This document shows, piece after piece, positions 53,034-55,132 of a DNA stretch of 55,132 nt. The stretch is from Patescibacteria group bacterium (lineage in GTDB: Bacteria > Patescibacteriota > Minisyncoccia > Phycocordibacterales > SBAW01): NCBI GenBank assembly GCA_028871115.1, contig JAGWOD010000004.1, forward strand, positions 1 to 55,132, given 5' to 3'. The translations under genes were made by a program, and so were the position numbers. The notes under the pieces were generated by a model. The model ran no database searches, had not been told where the DNA came from, and worked only from the letters and a program-made list of their open reading frames with translations. Position 1 is the stretch's first letter. Every line of letters starts with the position of its first letter.

Positions 53034-54076
53034 GAACCCCCGCAAAGGCCCCTAAAGATCCTGATCTTGAGGTAACTCCGCAAGAGCCTCAGCGCGTGGA
53101 AATTTTTCTTGATTCAACCTTGCGCCCCTCCTCCTGGAAGGAGTACGTGGGTCAAGAGAGTATCAAACAAAACCTCCATATCCTCATCACTGCTGCCAAA
53201 GAGCGCAGCACGCCTCCGGAACATATTCTCTTCTACGGTCCACCGGGGCTCGGAAAGACCACTCTCGCTCACCTTATCGCCCGCGAACTGGGCGGTGTGC
53301 TGCGCTCGACCTCGGGGCCTGCCATAGAGCGGGTAGGCGATCTTGCGGCACTCCTCTCCAACCTTTCCCCAGGCGACATACTTTTCATTGATGAAATACA
53401 CCGGCTCTCGCGCACCATTGAAGAGGTCCTCTACCCCGCCATGGAGTCGGGCGTACTCAACATCATCATCGGCAAGGGCCCTTCGGCACGCACCCTTGAA
53501 CTTCCCCTACCTCCCTTTACGCTCATTGCTGCGACGACTCGAGTGGCGAGTCTTTCGGCTCCTTTGCGCTCTCGCTTTTCAGGAGGTTCCTTCCGCTTGG
53601 AGTTTTATAGTGAAGAGGATATTGCTCAAATTATACGCCGTTCAGCAAAAATATTAGGAATTAAGATCGATGAGGAAGGTGTGGATGAAATTGCACGCCG
53701 CTCGCGCGCAACACCACGTACCGCGAACTATCTTCTGAAGCGGGTGCGTGATTATGCACAGCTCAAAAAAATTCCACTGAGCAAAAAAACAGTTGAGGAT
53801 GCGCTGGGGCTTCTTGAGGTGGATACCCTTGGACTTACACCGCTTGACCGAAAATTCCTCACCGTTCTTATTGAGCGCTTTGGTGGAGGCCCCGCGGGCG
53901 TCGGAGCTTTGGGTGCAGCTTTAAGCGAAGAGCCGAGCACGCTTTCGGAGGTGCATGAACCTTATCTCTTGCAGCTCGGCCTCATCGAGAGAACACCCCG
54001 CGGGCGTACAGCAACATCTAAAGCGTATCAGCACCTCAAGATTCAAGGGGCAGAGCCTCAAGGAACCCTTGTCTAG
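53027..54076 (+). CDS. ruvB: Holliday junction branch migration helicase RuvB
   Basis: LRP....[44 protein letters not shown]...G.I.RTPRGR. Confidence 0.98.
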   Translation: MSRTPAKAPKDPDLEVTPQEPQRVEIFLDSTLRPSSWKEYVGQESIKQNLHILITAAKERSTPPEHILFYGPPGLGKTTLAHLIARELGGVLRSTSGPAIERVGDLAALLSNLSPGDILFIDEIHRLSRTIEEVLYPAMESGVLNIIIGKGPSARTLELPLPPFTLIAATTRVASLSAPLRSRFSGGSFRLEFYSEEDIAQIIRRSAKILGIKIDEEGVDEIARRSRATPRTANYLLKRVRDYAQLKKIPLSKKTVEDALGLLEVDTLGLTPLDRKFLTVLIERFGGGPAGVGALGAALSEEPSTLSEVHEPYLLQLGLIERTPRGRTATSKAYQHLKIQGAEPQGTLV

Positions 54077-54103
54077 CCGGTTACGTAAATAGCTCGTCTG
54101 TTA

Positions 54104-55132
54104 TTAGATTTCTTTATACTCCGGCACCAACCCCACCACCACACTCTGCGTAGGCACGGAGTCATCGAGCCCCGTACAGGAGAGCGTGAAGGTCGTGGTT
54201 TGAGTAATTTCTGGCGTTGTGACCTCTCCCTCAGCGCTTTCTGCATTGGAGAGCGGGTGGTTGTAGCCTGGAGCGGTGATTGAACAAGAAGAAGCTTGTA
54301 CATTCTCCACACTCCAGCTCAGTTGCGTAGTGGCATTGGGAGCGACCCTTGTGGGAGAAGCGACGAGGGAGATGGTAGGGGTGACATAGGTGACAGTGAC
54401 GAGCGCTTGGGCGGAGTTCTGTTCTCCGTTGCCGCTGCAGGTAACGGTGTAGATGGTGTTTTGGGAGAGACTCACTTGGGCGGAGCCACTGATGCCTCCA
54501 TTAGTGTTGAAGTTGGTACCCGCACAAGAGGTTGCGCCCGTCGATTCCCACGTGAGGGTACTCTCCCCTGCTCCCTGCAGAGTGGAGGGATTGGCGGAGA
54601 TGGCTGCGGCAGGAAGGACACTAAACTGTGTCTCTCCAGAGCAGTTGTTGTTCTCATTGGTCTCAGCGATTACTCCATCGGGATACGGAGGGAGATCAGC
54701 ACACAGGCGTACCCAGTAGGTGCCTGAGGGAATGTTGGTCCAATTGCCGGAGACGGGAGTCGTGGAGTTCCCACCAACCGCAGGAGCTGCAGTGGTGACG
54801 TCATCGTAGGAGTCGCTGTCATTGAAATTGGGGCCGGTGAGGTCTACCTGGAAGAGAGAGGTGAAGCCCTGAGTGGTGCTTTCGTTGCCTTGATTGACTA
54901 CGGTGCCGGAGAAGGGGGCAGACCCTCCTGCAATTAGGTTGCTGCCGACGGATGGTGCATCCGCCGTCAGATCAGGCCCCCCAGAGATGGTGAAGGGGGT
55001 ACCTGCGGAGCAGTTGTTGTTTTCATTGGATTCTGGGATGACGCCGTTGGGGTAGGGGGGAAGATCGGCACAGAGACGCACATAGAAGGTGCCCTCCTGC
55101 GTGGGTATCCATGTGGTGGAGATGGGTACAGA
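54104..55132 (-). CDS. C-terminal part of a large surface protein with CARDB/Ig-like repeats (starts beyond the window)
   Basis: Frame open to 55132; repeated RLCADLPPYP.GVI.E.NENNNCS; PDL, V.NQG; Ig modules (STLTW.S..A.SC, TTFTL.C). Confidence 0.85.
   Translation of the reverse strand, partial: SVPISTTWIPTQEGTFYVRLCADLPPYPNGVIPESNENNNCSAGTPFTISGGPDLTADAPSVGSNLIAGGSAPFSGTVVNQGNESTTQGFTSLFQVDLTGPNFNDSDSYDDVTTAAPAVGGNSTTPVSGNWTNIPSGTYWVRLCADLPPYPDGVIAETNENNNCSGETQFSVLPAAAISANPSTLQGAGESTLTWESTGATSCAGTNFNTNGGISGSAQVSLSQNTIYTVTCSGNGEQNSAQALVTVTYVTPTISLVASPTRVAPNATTQLSWSVENVQASSCSITAPGYNHPLSNAESAEGEVTTPEITQTTTFTLSCTGLDDSVPTQSVVVGLVPEYKEI

Noticed and set aside
54638..55078. DGR template/variable repeat pair
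   Set aside because: Both copies are in-frame protein repeats, differences are not confined to adenines, and no RT gene is present
1..55132. CRISPR array, IS element, prophage or rRNA
   Set aside because: No spaced direct repeats, transposase, integrase, phage genes or rRNA motifs were found by eye

Overview
A 55 kb, gene-dense core-genome segment of a Patescibacteria (CPR) bacterium, most likely Parcubacteria/OD1. The assignment is inferred from the alpha2-type GlyRS, type-2 IleRS, short MetRS, rplK with no rplA after it, pilMNO-like and GspE/PilB genes, and conserved CPR hypotheticals. It carries translation genes (efp, rpsF-ssb-rpsR, metG, glyQS, ileS, argS, secE-nusG-rplK, rplS, rpsT, tsaE), a thymidylate/folate cluster (glyA-thyA-dcd-CYTH with divergent folA), repair and replication genes (recO, ruvA, ruvB, ruvX, polA, holA-like), type IV pilus genes, 8 tRNAs and small accessory islets, mostly 3' of tRNAs. 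No integrase, transposase, CRISPR array or rRNA was seen. Main observations: (1) an unannotated ~184-nt rod-shaped RNA with its own sigma70 promoter and terminator, divergent from ruvB, with 6S-RNA-like architecture; (2) about 25 genes have a -10 box 6-7 nt before the start codon (leaderless architecture), while orphan genes use strong Shine-Dalgarno sites; (3) an intact histidine-phosphatase domain inserted in IleRS; (4) a CYTH triphosphatase where a dUTPase would be expected, beside a ThyA lacking conserved phosphate-binding arginines; (5) a tRNA-Arg with a GCG anticodon. All calls come from motif recognition by eye; no searches were run.
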